Shown: piece after piece, positions 22,293 to 34,427 of the stretch | How positions within the stretch are numbered: position 1 is the stretch's first letter | How the letters are laid out: each line of letters begins with the position of its first letter | Assembly: GCF_006345805.1 (NCBI RefSeq) | Contig: NC_043002.1 | Coordinates: 9,796,001-9,860,000, forward strand | Source of the DNA: Octopus sinensis | Lineage: Eukaryota | Direction of reading: 5' to 3' | DNA length: 64,000 nucleotides | Made by a program: the position numbers and the translations under genes | The notes under the pieces: model-generated | Databases searched by the model: none | The model's input: the letters and a program-made list of their open reading frames with translations, nothing else | What the model was told of the DNA's origin: nothing

Positions 22293-23480
22293 GTGTCATG
22301 TCTTGAATTTATAATTCTCTGGAATTTGACTGCAGTTAATGTTTCGTCCTTTTCTAATTTTGTTGGTATACGGGAACGTGTATCTGCATCTTTGCTTGCA
22401 GTTAGATCTTAAACAAAACTCAGACATTTGAACTTGTCTGGTTAGAACTTTTCATACTCTCTGTAAACACCCCCAGCGTTGTGGGTGACAAAATCTTCAT
22501 AATCTTTTTTAATCAAATTTAATCACTGCCAACGAGTATTCAACAGGGAACTTCTTTCACTGAAAAAATTCGATAGTATATTAATTATTTCATCGAAGCA
22601 AGTCTCACCTGGTTTCTTCGGCAGAATATAATTACTATATTTTTCGTGTTCAGCAGAGGATAACTTTCTTAAAAGTAGACGCACTTTTTTCTCGTCAGAC
22701 CAATTTCTAAATTCTTCTTTGAAGCTTTCTACGTATCTTCGAATTGAGTTTATTACACCGTTCGGAGTGGACGACCCTGAAGTATTTTCAGATTTCTTCA
22801 ACATTAATTCCAGCAACTTTTGTTGTTGTTGTTGTTGTTGTTGCTGTTGCTGTTGAGCGTAGCGGTCTTCGTCCTCTTGGGAGAAGTCCGAAACGTGGTC
22901 CTTTGCTATTCGTAAGACCCGTAGAAGAGAAAGCAGGTCAACCCCCGACACCGAGAGCATCGACGGATGGATGAATGCGCATCCAGGCTCAGCGGTTGCG
23001 TAGGAAGTCGGGGATAAGAAACAGGAAAAAAAGAGTGAGAGAAAGTTGGGGCGAAAGAGTACATCAGGGGTCGCCACCACCCCTGCCGGAGCGTCGTGGA
23101 GCTTTAAGTGTTTTCGCTCAATAAACACACACAAATTCCGGTCTGGGAATCGAAACTGCGATCCTCCGACCTCGATTCCGCTGCCCTAACCACTGGGCCA
23201 TTGCGCCTCCACTGTTGCTGGTGTTGCAACTGCACCACGCAGGCCAATAAGTGTTCCATTTTAACCATTTTTTCTTTGGTTCCGTACCAAAAACTTTTAA
23301 CGTCTGATGCAAGCTTCGAATATCTCGTCGCTACTGTTATATCCTTGCGTTTGGATATATGATTTAATGAAAGGAGGTAAAACAATGTATTGACACGAGG
23401 TATTTCGGCTGGTGTCATGAGAGGCTTCACAACGCATTCTGTTCAACGTTAACGTTACTCTTTATAAGAGTCCGATGAGT
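22293..23480 (-). mobile_element. Gypsy relic: LTR end, PBS-like motif and gag with poly-Q, split by a SINE
   Basis: ...ATAACA then GTAGCGACGAG (23335-23324); MEHLLACVVQLQHQQQ; EKKVRLLLRKL...YILPKKPGE...SLLNTRWQ. Confidence 0.65.
22857..23211 (-). mobile_element. SINE family C with tail type 4
   Basis: Head GGAGGCGCAATGGCCCAGTGG as at 30721; the tail differs from the other copies. Confidence 0.85.
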
Positions 23481-23495
23481 CCAGATTAACATACC

Positions 23496-24093
23496 TATTT
23501 CTTTACTACCCACAAGGGGCTAGACATAGAGGGGACAAACAAGGACAGACATAGGTATTAAGTCGATTACATCGACCCCAGTGCGTAACTGGTACTTAAT
23601 TTGTCGACCCCGAAAGGATGAAAGGCAAAGTCGACCTCGGCGGAATTTGAACTCAGAACATATAGACAGATGAAATACCTATTTCTTACTACCCACAAGG
23701 GGCTAGACATAGAGGGGACAAACAAGGACAGACATAGGTATTAAGTCGATTACATCGACCCCAGTGCGTAACTGGTACTTAATTTGTCGACCCCGAAAGG
23801 ATGAAAGGCAAAGTCGACCTCGGCGGAATTTGAACTCAGAACATATAGACAGATGAAATACCTATTTCTTTACTACCCACAAGGGGCTAAACACAAAAGG
23901 GACAAACAAGGACAGATATAGGTATTAAGTCGATTACATCGACCCCAGTGCGTAACTGGTACTTAATTTATCGACCGCGAAAGGAGGAAAGGCAAAGTCG
24001 ACCTCGGCGGAATTTGAACTGACAACGTAAAGGCAGGCGAAATACCGCTAAGCATTTTGCCCAGTGTGCTAACGTTTCTGCCAGCTGACCGCC
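23496..24093 (-). mobile_element. SINE family B trimer (one head, three bodies)
   Basis: Three ~180-bp bodies joined at GAAATA(G)|GGTATTTC; 10-bp TSD TTAACATACC at 23486-23495 and 24094-24103. Confidence 0.92.
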
Positions 24094-24334
24094 TTAACAT
24101 ACCACAGGGGTGTTACTGTCTTTCGGTACAACAGGTTCTGGGGCTGACAATGAAATCAGGTTCTCGGCTAGACCTGAGAAATATCGCATGCATTAATTTC
24201 AACAATTCATATTGTTAACGGCCTTGCTTCTTTCCAGTAAATCTGATATCTCACTGTTTAAAGTAGTCTTCAAAAATAAATAGAAGCGCCTTCTCTTATA
24301 AAAGGACAAAATTTGATATCGTGTTGTTAAAAAA

Positions 24335-24667
24335 TGGGAGACCCCCTTCGGTCATGAATGACCATGTGATTGCACCTAGAAAGTTACCATTTGAGGCACA
24401 AGTCTGGGCAAGGTGGTTTATGGAAGACCAGCAGTCGCCCATGCATACCAGCCTCCCCTTTCCACCCCACCGATGTTATCCAAGGGAAAGGCAAAGGGGC
24501 CGATACAGCTTGGCACCAGTGACGTCGCAACTCATTTCTACAGCTGAGTGAACTGGAGCAACATGAAATAAAGTGTCTTGCTCAAGAACACAACACACAG
24601 CCCGGTCCGGGATTCGAGCTCACAACCTCACGATCGTAAGCTCGACACTCTAACCACTGAGCCATAC
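24335..24667 (-). mobile_element. SINE family D
   Basis: tRNA-like head TGGCTCAGTGG...GCTCGAATCCC and core GTTCTTGAGCAAGACACTTT; homologous to 63581-63916. Confidence 0.88.
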
Positions 24668-24739
24668 CTGCAGAAAAAGGGTTTAGCCCCGAAAGGCATT
24701 CATGCTGACGCGGTTGCTGCATTAGAACCTGACGCTCCA

Positions 24740-25250
24740 GGTTTATTCACTGAGAAAAAGCGGACATCTACATTTATAAGGGTGGGGGAGATCGTTGAAG
24801 ATGACCCCAGATCTGGACGCCCTACAACTGCTACCACCAATGATAACCTTAACCGCGTTCACCCCATGCTGATGGATGACAAGCGATTGACTGTAAATCA
24901 ACTAGCCAACGCTATTATCATTTCTTGTAAGACAGTTGAGAATATTCTGCACTGTGAACTTGACATGACAGAGGTTTCTGCTCCGCGGGTGCCACATCTG
25001 ACACCTTATCTAAAGCGCACCAGTCTATTCATATCAGGGAAAATGTGACATTGTCTGAGACAGATCCGGCTAGTTTCCTTGAACGTTTCCTAACCTAGGA
25101 CGAGTGTTGGGTTCATCATTTTTAGCTAAAGACAAAAAAGCGATCCATTCAATTGAAACACACCTCCTCACCTGCTCCCAAGAAGTCCAAAGTTGCTTCA
25201 TCTGCAGGAAGGGTAACAGTTTTAATTTTGAGGGATGCAATAAGAATTGT
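24740..25250 (+). mobile_element. Degenerate mariner transposase fragment
   Basis: EDDPRSGRP (GRPR-type), RLTVNQLA, DECWVHHF, SPAPKKSKVASSAGRV. Confidence 0.85.
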
Positions 25251-25707
25251 GGAGATGTACTTGCATAGCGAGTGACTTGATCTGAGATCGTGTGCTGGAA
25301 CGAAAACAATTACAGCGTGGAAGGTGTTTATAATCCATTTAAGAAACACAAAAACCGTTAGATTCACTTCAACATTTAAATTTAATTTGTCAAAATAGAA
25401 TTGTGTTTACTGACTATCTTTAGAATAGCCACACCATCAATGGTATAAAAATGAATAATAAATATATAATAAGTACTTATTACTTATTATATATTGATTA
25501 TTCATTTTTATACTTTTTATGATCTAGTTATATGTTCTATAAAAATATATTTATTTTATATTTTTTATTTATGATTTGGTTTATGTTTATCATTGTCTGA
25601 ATTGCATAATATTGGTTTTTCTCTAATTTATATACTATATATTTATATTGTGAATTTGATTTAATACTAAATTGAATTTTTCCCTGTAAGTTTGGAGTTA
25701 TATTCCC

Positions 25708-25759
<52 letters not shown>

Positions 25760-26314
25760 GAGTGAGAGAGCAGTGCATGCCATCAAAGTGACACTGGGGT
25801 AAAATATACGAAGCCCAATATACCCATCATGACTACCCGTCTGATAAAGGTATACCAGGCACGTGCATCACAACCATATGTGCGCGACATGGTGATCTCA
25901 TATCAAGATAAACAGCACATGACCTTGCAGGTGGGGCCCAGTTAGAATTTTCTTCAGGTTGAGTAGCCCATCCCGCTCAAAAGGTCCCTGAATAAGGGTT
26001 GTTTAAGGATGTTGAAAGAACCACCCATGTTTCCAGAGGTGAATTATTCAAACCCCAAAGAATCCCTCTCAACACATGGCTATGATGCTCCCCCACTACT
26101 TCTGCTCGTGATCAGAGATGCACATATCGTCAGCCACTAAGGGACATGCTCAACTGGTTAAGGTCAAACAACTGACAAGCAAATCTGTGGTATTGAGCAG
26201 AATATTTGCTGTAGTCCATCTTTTATACCAAGACAAAACAATGTACATGATATCACTTCCAATCAGTTAAGATCAGAAGCCATGAGAGCCACTGCCTGGT
26301 ACTGCATCAGGGCA
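25760..26314 (+). mobile_element. Unclassified ~550-bp interspersed repeat flanked on both sides by (ATT)n
   Basis: Second partial copy at 11531-11892; (ATT)n at 25709-25759 and 26315-26339; no ORF or TIR seen; orientation arbitrary. Confidence 0.75.
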
Positions 26315-26336
26315 TTTATTATTATTATTATTATTA

Positions 26337-26369
26337 TTAAGCTACTTACCACACAACCACTCCTACGCC

Positions 26370-26404
<35 letters not shown>

Positions 26405-26422
26405 ATATATATATATATATAT

Positions 26423-26501
<79 letters not shown>

Positions 26502-26690
26502 AATTTATTCTATTTGATTCAGTCATTTCACTGCGGTCATGCTGAAAACCACCTTTAGTCGAACAAATCGTCCCCACGACTTATTCGTTGTAAGCCTAGT
26601 ACTTATTCTATCCGTCTTTTTTAGCGAACCGCTAATTCACAGGGACGTAAACACAGCAACATCGGTTGTCAAGCGATGGTACATATTTAA
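26337..26690 (-). mobile_element. SINE family A fragments around (TA)n
   Basis: Head piece at 26337-26368 and body at 26510-26690. Confidence 0.75.
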
Positions 26691-26702
26691 TGCAGAGACA
26701 CA

Positions 26703-26733
<31 letters not shown>

Positions 26734-26985
26734 CACACACACACATACATACACACACACACATACACACTCACTCCACACACACATTCATACACATAGA
26801 CACACTCAAACACGCGCACACAGGGAGACAGAGGTACACAAACAGACATGCGCACCACACATGCATACAAACACACAAACATGCACACACAAACACATGA
26901 ATATGCAGAATACATACATAAGTGCACACACGCATACTTACATACATATGTACATAGATACATACATGCACATATATATGTGCGT

Positions 26986-27282
26986 GGAGGCGCAATGGCC
27001 CAGTGGTTAGGGCAGCGGACTCGCGGTCGCAGGATCGCGGTTTCGATTCCCAGACCAGGCGTTGTGAGTGTTTATTGAGCAAAAACACGTAAAAGCTCCA
27101 CGAGGCTCCAGCAGGGGATGGTGGTGATCCCTGCTGTACTCTTTCTCCCACTCTTTCTTCCGTTGGCCTGCTCGCTTAGCCAGCGGGGTGGCGTCATTCG
27201 AAGGCTAAAACAATGCGAACGCATTGTGACCAGCGATGTGTAACTACATCTGATGTTCTGGTCGGTCACGTGATCACGTGAT
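26986..27282 (+). mobile_element. SINE family C with tail type 2
   Basis: Family C head; tail ends CACGTGATCACGTGATA, shared with 39790-39996. Confidence 0.88.
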
Positions 27283-27595
27283 ATATATATGTGTATACAG
27301 AAGCACGTACAAACACTGACACACACAAATGCACGCACACAAACAAACAATAAAACGACGCAGCTCCAATAACGGACTGAGTAAACATCCATTGAAAGGT
27401 TTGCCAAAGCACCGAAAATTTTAGAAGCAAAAAATATAATAAATGAGTGGAAATCGAACCAGTGCGTGTGTTAATTAATAGAATATGAATCTCCGCAGAC
27501 ACAACATAATATTGAATAACCGATTATAACAAAAAAAAAAAAATGAACGAATAATGTATTTTTTGAAACAATATCTAAGCTATAATTCAAAACAG

Positions 27596-28109
27596 GGATC
27601 TTTTCGGTTTGAAAGGCAGTATTTTAAAATAATGGATCTTTTCGGTTTGAACGGCAGTATTTTAAAATAATGGATCCTTTCGGTTTGAACGGCAGTTTTT
27701 TTCTAGCGGTGTCATATGAAATTATCACACATAATTATGACCTTAGTATCGATCTATTGCATTCCAGTCTGTTTTAGGGTTAGGGTTAGAGTTAGGGTTA
27801 GTTAGGGTTAGGGTTAGGGTGGGGGGTAGGGTGTCTTTTTTTTTCAGAAATGTAAATAAACCCAATCTGTTTCTTAAACGAGGGACATATTCATACGGAA
27901 TGTTTTCACCTCAATAGACGTGATTGATTGGTTGAAATTGCAGAAATTGAAGAAAAACAACAACAAATATCTTACAAACTATATAATTTTCTCAATAAAG
28001 CCAAGAGAAAAAGATGTTTTATAAACACATTCTACCAGTATACGAAGTTTAAAAGTGCTTAGTTACCTAGAAATTATGTTAAAAACTGCCGTTCAAACCG
28101 AAAAGATCC
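27596..28109. mobile_element. MITE with GG-starting TIRs, 8-bp TSD, triplicated left TIR and internal (TTAGGG)n
   Basis: TSD CAAAACAG at 27588-27595 and 28110-28117; 38-bp unit x3 from 27596; telomere-type repeats at ~27775-27820. Confidence 0.9.
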
Positions 28110-28178
28110 CAAAACAGTAATGTAAATATTTCTTACGAATTTCTTGAGAAAAGAAAGTATCGCAAAAGGTTCACTTAC

Positions 28179-28219
28179 GTATGTCAAAAGAAGAAAGCAC
28201 CAAAAGAACTTGAAAGAAT
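28179..28219 (-). other. Putative non-coding exon 1 of the secreted Cys-rich gene
   Basis: Inr TCATTC (A at 28219), then 41 nt to a C|GTAAGT donor (28178-28173). Confidence 0.72.
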
Positions 28220-28242
28220 GACGAATACAAAACGGCTGCGTA

Positions 28243-28266
28243 TTTATATCAAATTTAACGACGTCA
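28243..28266 (-). promoter_or_regulatory. TATA box at -29 and CRE-like TGACGTC
   Basis: TATAAA at 28248-28243 begins 29 nt upstream of the Inr A; TGACGTC at 28266-28260; the region is conserved in the inverted copy at 38.7-38.9 kb. Confidence 0.72.
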
Positions 28267-28689
28267 GTATTAGTAAACAGTTGGTGACAATATATCTCGG
28301 TTTTTATTATTCCATACTTTAATGGGGTAATAACGACATGCCATAAAATGCCAGCTGTGAGGTAAAGGATTCTTTTATGGCTTGTAGAGAAGTGGAAAGA
28401 ATGGTTTCTACTTCTGCACTGGAATTATATCATTAGTCACTTAATTACATTTGATTATCAATGTATTAAATGCTCCTTTCTCTCGCATTTTGCTTCAACC
28501 TTTTCTGTTTTTATAAGCGAATAAAAGACGTGCGTTATTTTTTCTCCTAAAATTTTTTCCGCCATCTACACACCGTAATGGAAAATATCGCTGATAGATA
28601 GCTACATAGATAGATAGAAAGGCAGATAGATAGATATAAATATACATACATATATATAGGATGCGTCAGTTCTTTTGACAACACATCTT

Positions 28690-29400
28690 TCGAGAGCTTT
28701 AATTTTCTTCTAAAAGACTTCCTGCGTGAGGACATACAGTACAAATCGTATGTGATGTGGAGGGATACGTTTATGTCAAATAGAGTACAAGAGAATCGAA
28801 GTGCTTGCTAAACTACTTAAAACCCACAAGGGCCTGAAATGTTTCCGTTTTTCTCCAATTATAAAAACTTCGATCAGATCCAATCGGTAAACCGAAGGAA
28901 GGTAGATATTTATGCAGAGGCCTAAATGAAGTTCCAACGGTCATTCACCCTAAGTTCCCAGCAACTGCGATGGTTTTAGGAGTCCTCAGCAACGACGGAG
29001 AAGACAATCTTCCTCGGTGTTTTTTTTCACAGGGCTTACGAATTATCTAGGCAGAGGTGTTGAAGAATGTTGGGAGGCCCTGGATAGACAGAGAATGCAA
29101 CAAAAAGTGTACGTGCACCAACAACTTGCCGCATCGTCTTTTAAGGCAATGAGAAACAAGGCGTGGATGCGTACCAATGTCCATGATCGTGATATCCCTG
29201 GTACATGACCTCCTAGCTCACCAGGTTTCAATCCACTTAACTATTACATATGAGTCGTGGTCGAGAGAGAGAGAGAGGACGATCAACAACCCCAAATCAC
29301 ATGTAATCCCTCAAGGCCTACATAACCAAAACTATGTCCAAAATCGATAACCATCAACTGATTTGCTCATGCCAAGCGTTCGGCCCCGTTCATGCTACTA
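28690..29400 (+). mobile_element. Degenerate Tc1/mariner transposase relic (maT/DD37D-like)
   Basis: KFPATAMVLGVLSNDG, RPWID, PPSSPGFNPLNYYI. Confidence 0.7.
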
Positions 29401-30720
29401 CCGGCGTAATCATTGCTTATGTATGATTAAAGGATTCTCAAGATTATATGTTCCAATTTCTTTAAGAGTCACTTTCAAGCAAGCTGCTCCTCGGATTTCT
29501 AAATATGTTCATTGTTAAGAAAGCGTGAATGTTTTCGATGTGAATGTCACTTTCTGACGCAAGAGTGTATACCTCATTATTGTTTGCTTGCTTGTTTGTT
29601 TGTACGTTTGTATATATGTCATACACGTGTATGACATATGGGGTCGCGTGAACGTGATCAGTTCAGAATTCCTCAAATGTAAAATTCCAAGAATTTATTA
29701 CAAATTTTGTCTGTACATTTTATCAATTCTATATGTAGAATTTTATTCAGTTTAATATGTTCTTACTTGGGTAACTCCAAGATTTCTAGATCTTAATACA
29801 AATATGTTGTTACATAACCTATATCCATTTTTGCATGTATGTATGTATGTTTGTCTCCTCTGTATCTACTCATTTAAATTCTCCCCCCGGAGAAGGGGCT
29901 GTTTCCTAACAAAGATCCATCTTTCGAATGCAAGTGAAGAAGAAAACAACGTCACATTTTAAACCAGAGAAATGTCTTGCATCATTTTACGGTCCCGCTT
30001 ACAGATTGTATTTGTAATGTTCGAATAAGTAAGTTGATATTTTTTCTGAAAAATTCAAGCCCATCCATTCTGATTGTTAGCCATTTACTTACAAAACCGA
30101 ATGCTCCAATTATTTTTTATATAAATGTGAGTTTATAATTCGGATATCGATTAATTATCTTCCTTCTCTTTGATTTTCAAATTCTTGTAATCCTTAATGT
30201 GGGATTGTTATAACGCCGACTCTGGTATAGCAGTATAGTTAGTAAGACAGGTAAAGACCATGACTATCTATGACCGTCTACTTTGTGTTCTCAACCTAAA
30301 CTGACCGACGTCACCTTATTTATAGCGACTATCACATACCACTCGTCACATGGGAGTGGTGTACTATTATTACAATTTACCCACATCTCTCCTTTTAAAT
30401 TTTTCTTTTTTTGTGAGGCGTGTCATTTTATTTCTTTTAATAACAATACTTTCTATATCACCCCCACCTCCTTTTTTGAGGTTTTTTTTTCTTAGTTACA
30501 CATTTAATATTTTTACCGTTTGGCATCGCCTTCCAGGAACTCCGAATATTTTCTTTTTTTTTACGCTTATGCGCCTGAGTTCAATCTCTTGTAGTGGCGT
30601 TGGTACTTGAAAAATATCATATGGCCATTCCATTCGTCCTTCCATTCTCTTGGGCTCGATGTCAACGAATCTTTTTTCAGTTGGTCCATGTGTCACTTGT
30701 ATGTACCTTTTCCACTTTTT

Positions 30721-31105
30721 GGAGGCGCAATGGCCCAGTGGTTACGGCAGCGGACTCGCGGTCGTAGGATCGCGGTTTCGATTTCCAGACCGGGCGTTGT
30801 GAGTGTTTATTGAGCGAAAACACCTAAAGCTCCATGAGGCTCCGGCAGGGGATGGTGGTGTGATCCCTGCTGTACTCTTTCACCACAACTTTCTCTCACT
30901 CTTACTTCCTGTTTCTGTTGTACCTGTATTTCAAAGGGCCGGCCTTGTCACTCTCTGTGTCACGCTGAATATCCCCGAGAACTACGTTAAGGGTACACGT
31001 GTCTGTGGAGTGCTCAGCCACTTACACGTTAATTTCACGAGCAGGCTGTTCCGTTGATTCGGATCAACCGGAACCCTCATCGTCGTAACCGACGGAGTGC
31101 TTCCA
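30721..31105 (+). mobile_element. SINE family C, full length (tail type 1) with TSD
   Basis: A box TGGCCCAGTGG and B box-like GGTTTCGATTTCC; 12-bp TSD TTTCCACTTTTT at 30709-30720 and 31106-31117. Confidence 0.93.
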
Positions 31106-31149
31106 TTTCCACTTTTTACCAAGTATAGCATATTTCCTATGCGTTTGGT

Positions 31150-31960
31150 AATCACTCATTCTTCTCAACTCTGTTTTCCATTCTCATATGCCCTCACAAA
31201 CACCGTTTCACCCATTTTCAAAAGTCTTGTTCTATTCTCCTTTGCAATTTTTCTTTACTTGCCTCGTAGCAATTTAAACAGTTCTATCCACGCTGAGTCG
31301 AATATATTAACTGAATTTTTTAGCTCATATATTTTTGCCGTTTTCATTTGGTCACGACCTGTTACATTACAGACAAATTCACCGACAAAATGCACTCTTT
31401 TACCTGTAACACCGAATGCTACTTTTGTAGATTTACTTAATTTCATCTTATCAATTTACTTCCAAGAATTTTTGTTCACAATAGTAATATCACTTAACAG
31501 AGTCTAACTGCATTTTTACTCTTATAATTTAATTTTCACATTTACAAATTTTCTCTTTGATATATTACCATTTTCTTTCGACGACATGCTGTTTATTTTT
31601 CCTTTGTTCCAACTTTTCTCACCTTGGTTTTGCGCTGCGCTTTTACGTGTCCAGTTTTTCCCTAACAGAAGCATTCTGCTTTCTTAAATGGACAGGTTTT
31701 CTTCAGGTGTAGACCTCCATATTTAAAGCATTGTTTTTTTATTTTTCCTGTTTGTTCTGTATTTTAGTACACACTTGATTTCTGTTCTGCCTATTTCGCA
31801 ATTGGTTCACCTGGGCGCAATCTTTATGTTCAATTTTCTTTATTTATTCTATTCTTGTTTTTATTACTTTTTCACACTTTTCTGACCTTTCTTGTAAGGT
31901 TGTACCTTGGTTTTGTTCCACCTTAGCGAGATTTTTTGTTCTTACTTCTGCGTCTTTCTT
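31150..31960 (-). mobile_element. Gypsy gag-protease relic
   Basis: CFKYGGLHLKKTCPFKKAECF..GKTGHVKAQ knuckle remnants; MQLDSVSDITIVN protease site; FGVTGKRVHFVGEF. Confidence 0.7.
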
Positions 31961-31975
31961 TACAGTTAGTCGGAC

Positions 31976-32766
31976 GAAATACCTATTTCTTTACTACCCA
32001 CTAGAGGCTGAACATAGAGGGGACAAACAAGGACAGACAAACGGATTAAGTCGATTATATCGACCACTGTGCATAACTGGTACTTATTTAATCGACCCCG
32101 AAAGGATGAAAGGCAAAGTTGACCTCGGCGGAATTTGAACTCAGAACGTAAAGACAGGCGAAATATCTATTTCATTACTACCCACAAGGGGCTAAACACA
32201 GAGAGGACAAACAAGGACAGACAAACGAATTAAGTCGATTATATCGACCCCAGTGCGTAACTGGTACTTATTTAATCGACCCCGAAAGGATGAAAGGCAA
32301 AGTCGACCTCGGCGAAATTTGAACTCAGAACGTAGTGACAAACGAAATACCTATTTCTTTATTACCCACAAGGGGCTAAACACAGAGGGGACAAACAAGA
32401 ACAGACAAACGGATTAAGTCGATTACATCGACCCCAGTGCGTAACTGGTACTTATTTAATCGACCCCGAAAGGATGAAAGGCAAAGTCGCCCTCGGCGGA
32501 ATTTGAACTCAGAACGTTACGGCAGACGAAATACCTATTTCTTTACTACCCACAAGGGGCTAAACATAGAGGGGACAAACAAGTACAGACAAACGGATTA
32601 AGTCGATTATATCGACCCCAGTGCATAACTGGTACTTATTTTAATCGACCCCGAAAGGATGAAAGGCAAAGACGACCTCGGCGGAATTTGAACTCAGAAC
32701 ACAGCGGCGGGCGAAATACCACTAAGCATTTCGCTCGGTGTGCTAACGTTTCTGCCAGCTCGCCGC
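31976..32766 (-). mobile_element. SINE family B tetramer (one head, four bodies)
   Basis: Four ~184-bp mutually diverged bodies joined at GAAATA|G(G/A)TATTTCG; head at 32700-32766. Confidence 0.93.
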
Positions 32767-32989
32767 CTCATTTGTTGCTGTTGGTCTTGCAGTTGTATCT
32801 GCAGCTGTTGTTGCTTTGTTGTTTGTTGTTGCTTTTGTTGTTTCTGCTGTTGTGCTTGCAGTTGTAGCTGCTGTTGTTGCTGTTTTGAAACTCGAGCAAA
32901 ACTGCCAATAAATTTTCCATAATTTAATTTTTTTCCGTAAAATTCGTACAAAAGAAAAAAACCTTTTGTGAGTTTGTTTTTCCTCGTTA

Positions 32990-33210
32990 TATGTATGTGT
33001 ATATGTATGTATGTATGTTTGCATGTATGTATGTATGTATGTATGTATGTATGTATGTTTGTATGTATGTATGTATGTATGTATGTATGTATGTATGTAT
33101 GTTTGTATGTATGTATGTATGTATGTATGTATGTATGTATGCATGTATGTATGTGTATATGTATGTATGTATGTATGTATGTATGATGTATGTATGTATG
33201 TATGTATATA
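32990..33210. repeat. (TATG)n microsatellite
   Basis: Direct reading. Confidence 0.95.
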
Positions 33211-33211
33211 T

Positions 33212-33763
33212 GTCAGGTCACTTTCGAGTGCTACAGGTAACATGTAACCCAGTACAACCTGTTGCATGGTCGGGTCGTCGGTGACTAAACCGGCAACCCC
33301 ACCAAGCTTGCTTGATTAGGAGGGTGTTTATTGGACACCCTGCGGGATGAAAAAGAAAACCCGTCAAAGGGCGGAGGAACTCTTGAGAGTCAACGGCTAT
33401 CCAATAAATATCTTAAGGCTGTATCATGCGCGGGGACACAGAAATAATCGGTCTGAATACCCGACCGCGCGGTTAAACCATTGGGAGTGAAGGACTCCTA
33501 GCCTTTGTTAGGGCATCCTTCTAGGAAAAGGTAACTCAGGTAACTGGGTTAACTCCGACATAAAACCTGCGGCTCAGTGGTTACCGATGATGTTGACTTG
33601 TTCTTCTTTTCGGATTATGGCTGCTATTGCTTAGTGAGTGGGATTGACTAAGTGCACAGCCTTTCCTCACTTTAAAAAAAACTTCTTGCACAGGCATTGC
33701 ACGATAACAACACTGACAAAGGTTCGTGCAATGGCCATACTCGATAACGAGAGGGCAGTCACC
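33212..33763 (+). mobile_element. Non-coding repeat with an RTE-type 3' tail, in (TATG)n
   Basis: 33723-33749 is identical to 16686-16712; no tRNA head and no ORF. Confidence 0.6.
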
Positions 33764-34049
33764 ATATATGTATGTATGTGTGTATCTATCTGTCATGCAT
33801 GTATGCTTGCGTTCTTGTATGGCCTAGGCAAGCCTTAAACTGTATTCGGCAGTGGAGTTCAGTATGGGAAGTTCCAAGGTTTTGAGGAGTGTTGAACCAC
33901 GTCTGAGACACTATCCTTCTCGGGTCTCCTTTGACCCTGAGTAGTAGGATCCCAGCTATGGGTTATCCAGTACATGAGATGACATTCAATCTGAGCGCCG
34001 GGATACAGAAATAGCCTTGTTTGGTGACTGAGCGTGCATTGTGTGTGTG

Positions 34050-34080
<31 letters not shown>

Positions 34081-34427
34081 CATCATTGCTTTTTAGATGT
34101 GTATATTTGTAAATGCCTACAACTAAGTGTGTGCATATGTTCAATTACAGAATCTCTCATGGAGAGTATTTGAAATGTCTTACAGGTTTTTATTTTGCCG
34201 CTTAAAGACTGAGTTGAGGATGGGTTTTAGAATCCCTTGATGTATGTATGCATACATATATGTATATATGTAAGCAGGTAGGTAGGTATGAATGTCGATA
34301 GGTGGGAAGGAACGAAGGAACGTAATTAAGTGTGTGTGGAGGTGTTAGTTATGTAGGTGTGAAGGTAGTTTGGTAGATAGGTAGGTAGGAAGGTGGGTAA
34401 ATAGGAAGGTAGGTAGGTAGGTAGGGT

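Noticed and set aside
22523-23134. 203-aa poly-Q ORF, and the Q-rich ORF at 32694-32951
   Set aside because: Chimeric read-through of SINE sequence into Gypsy gag remnants.
27596-27710. Regularly spaced 38-bp repeats and 184-bp SINE arrays as CRISPR-like arrays
   Set aside because: There are no unique spacers or cas genes and the context is eukaryotic; they are TIR and SINE multimers.
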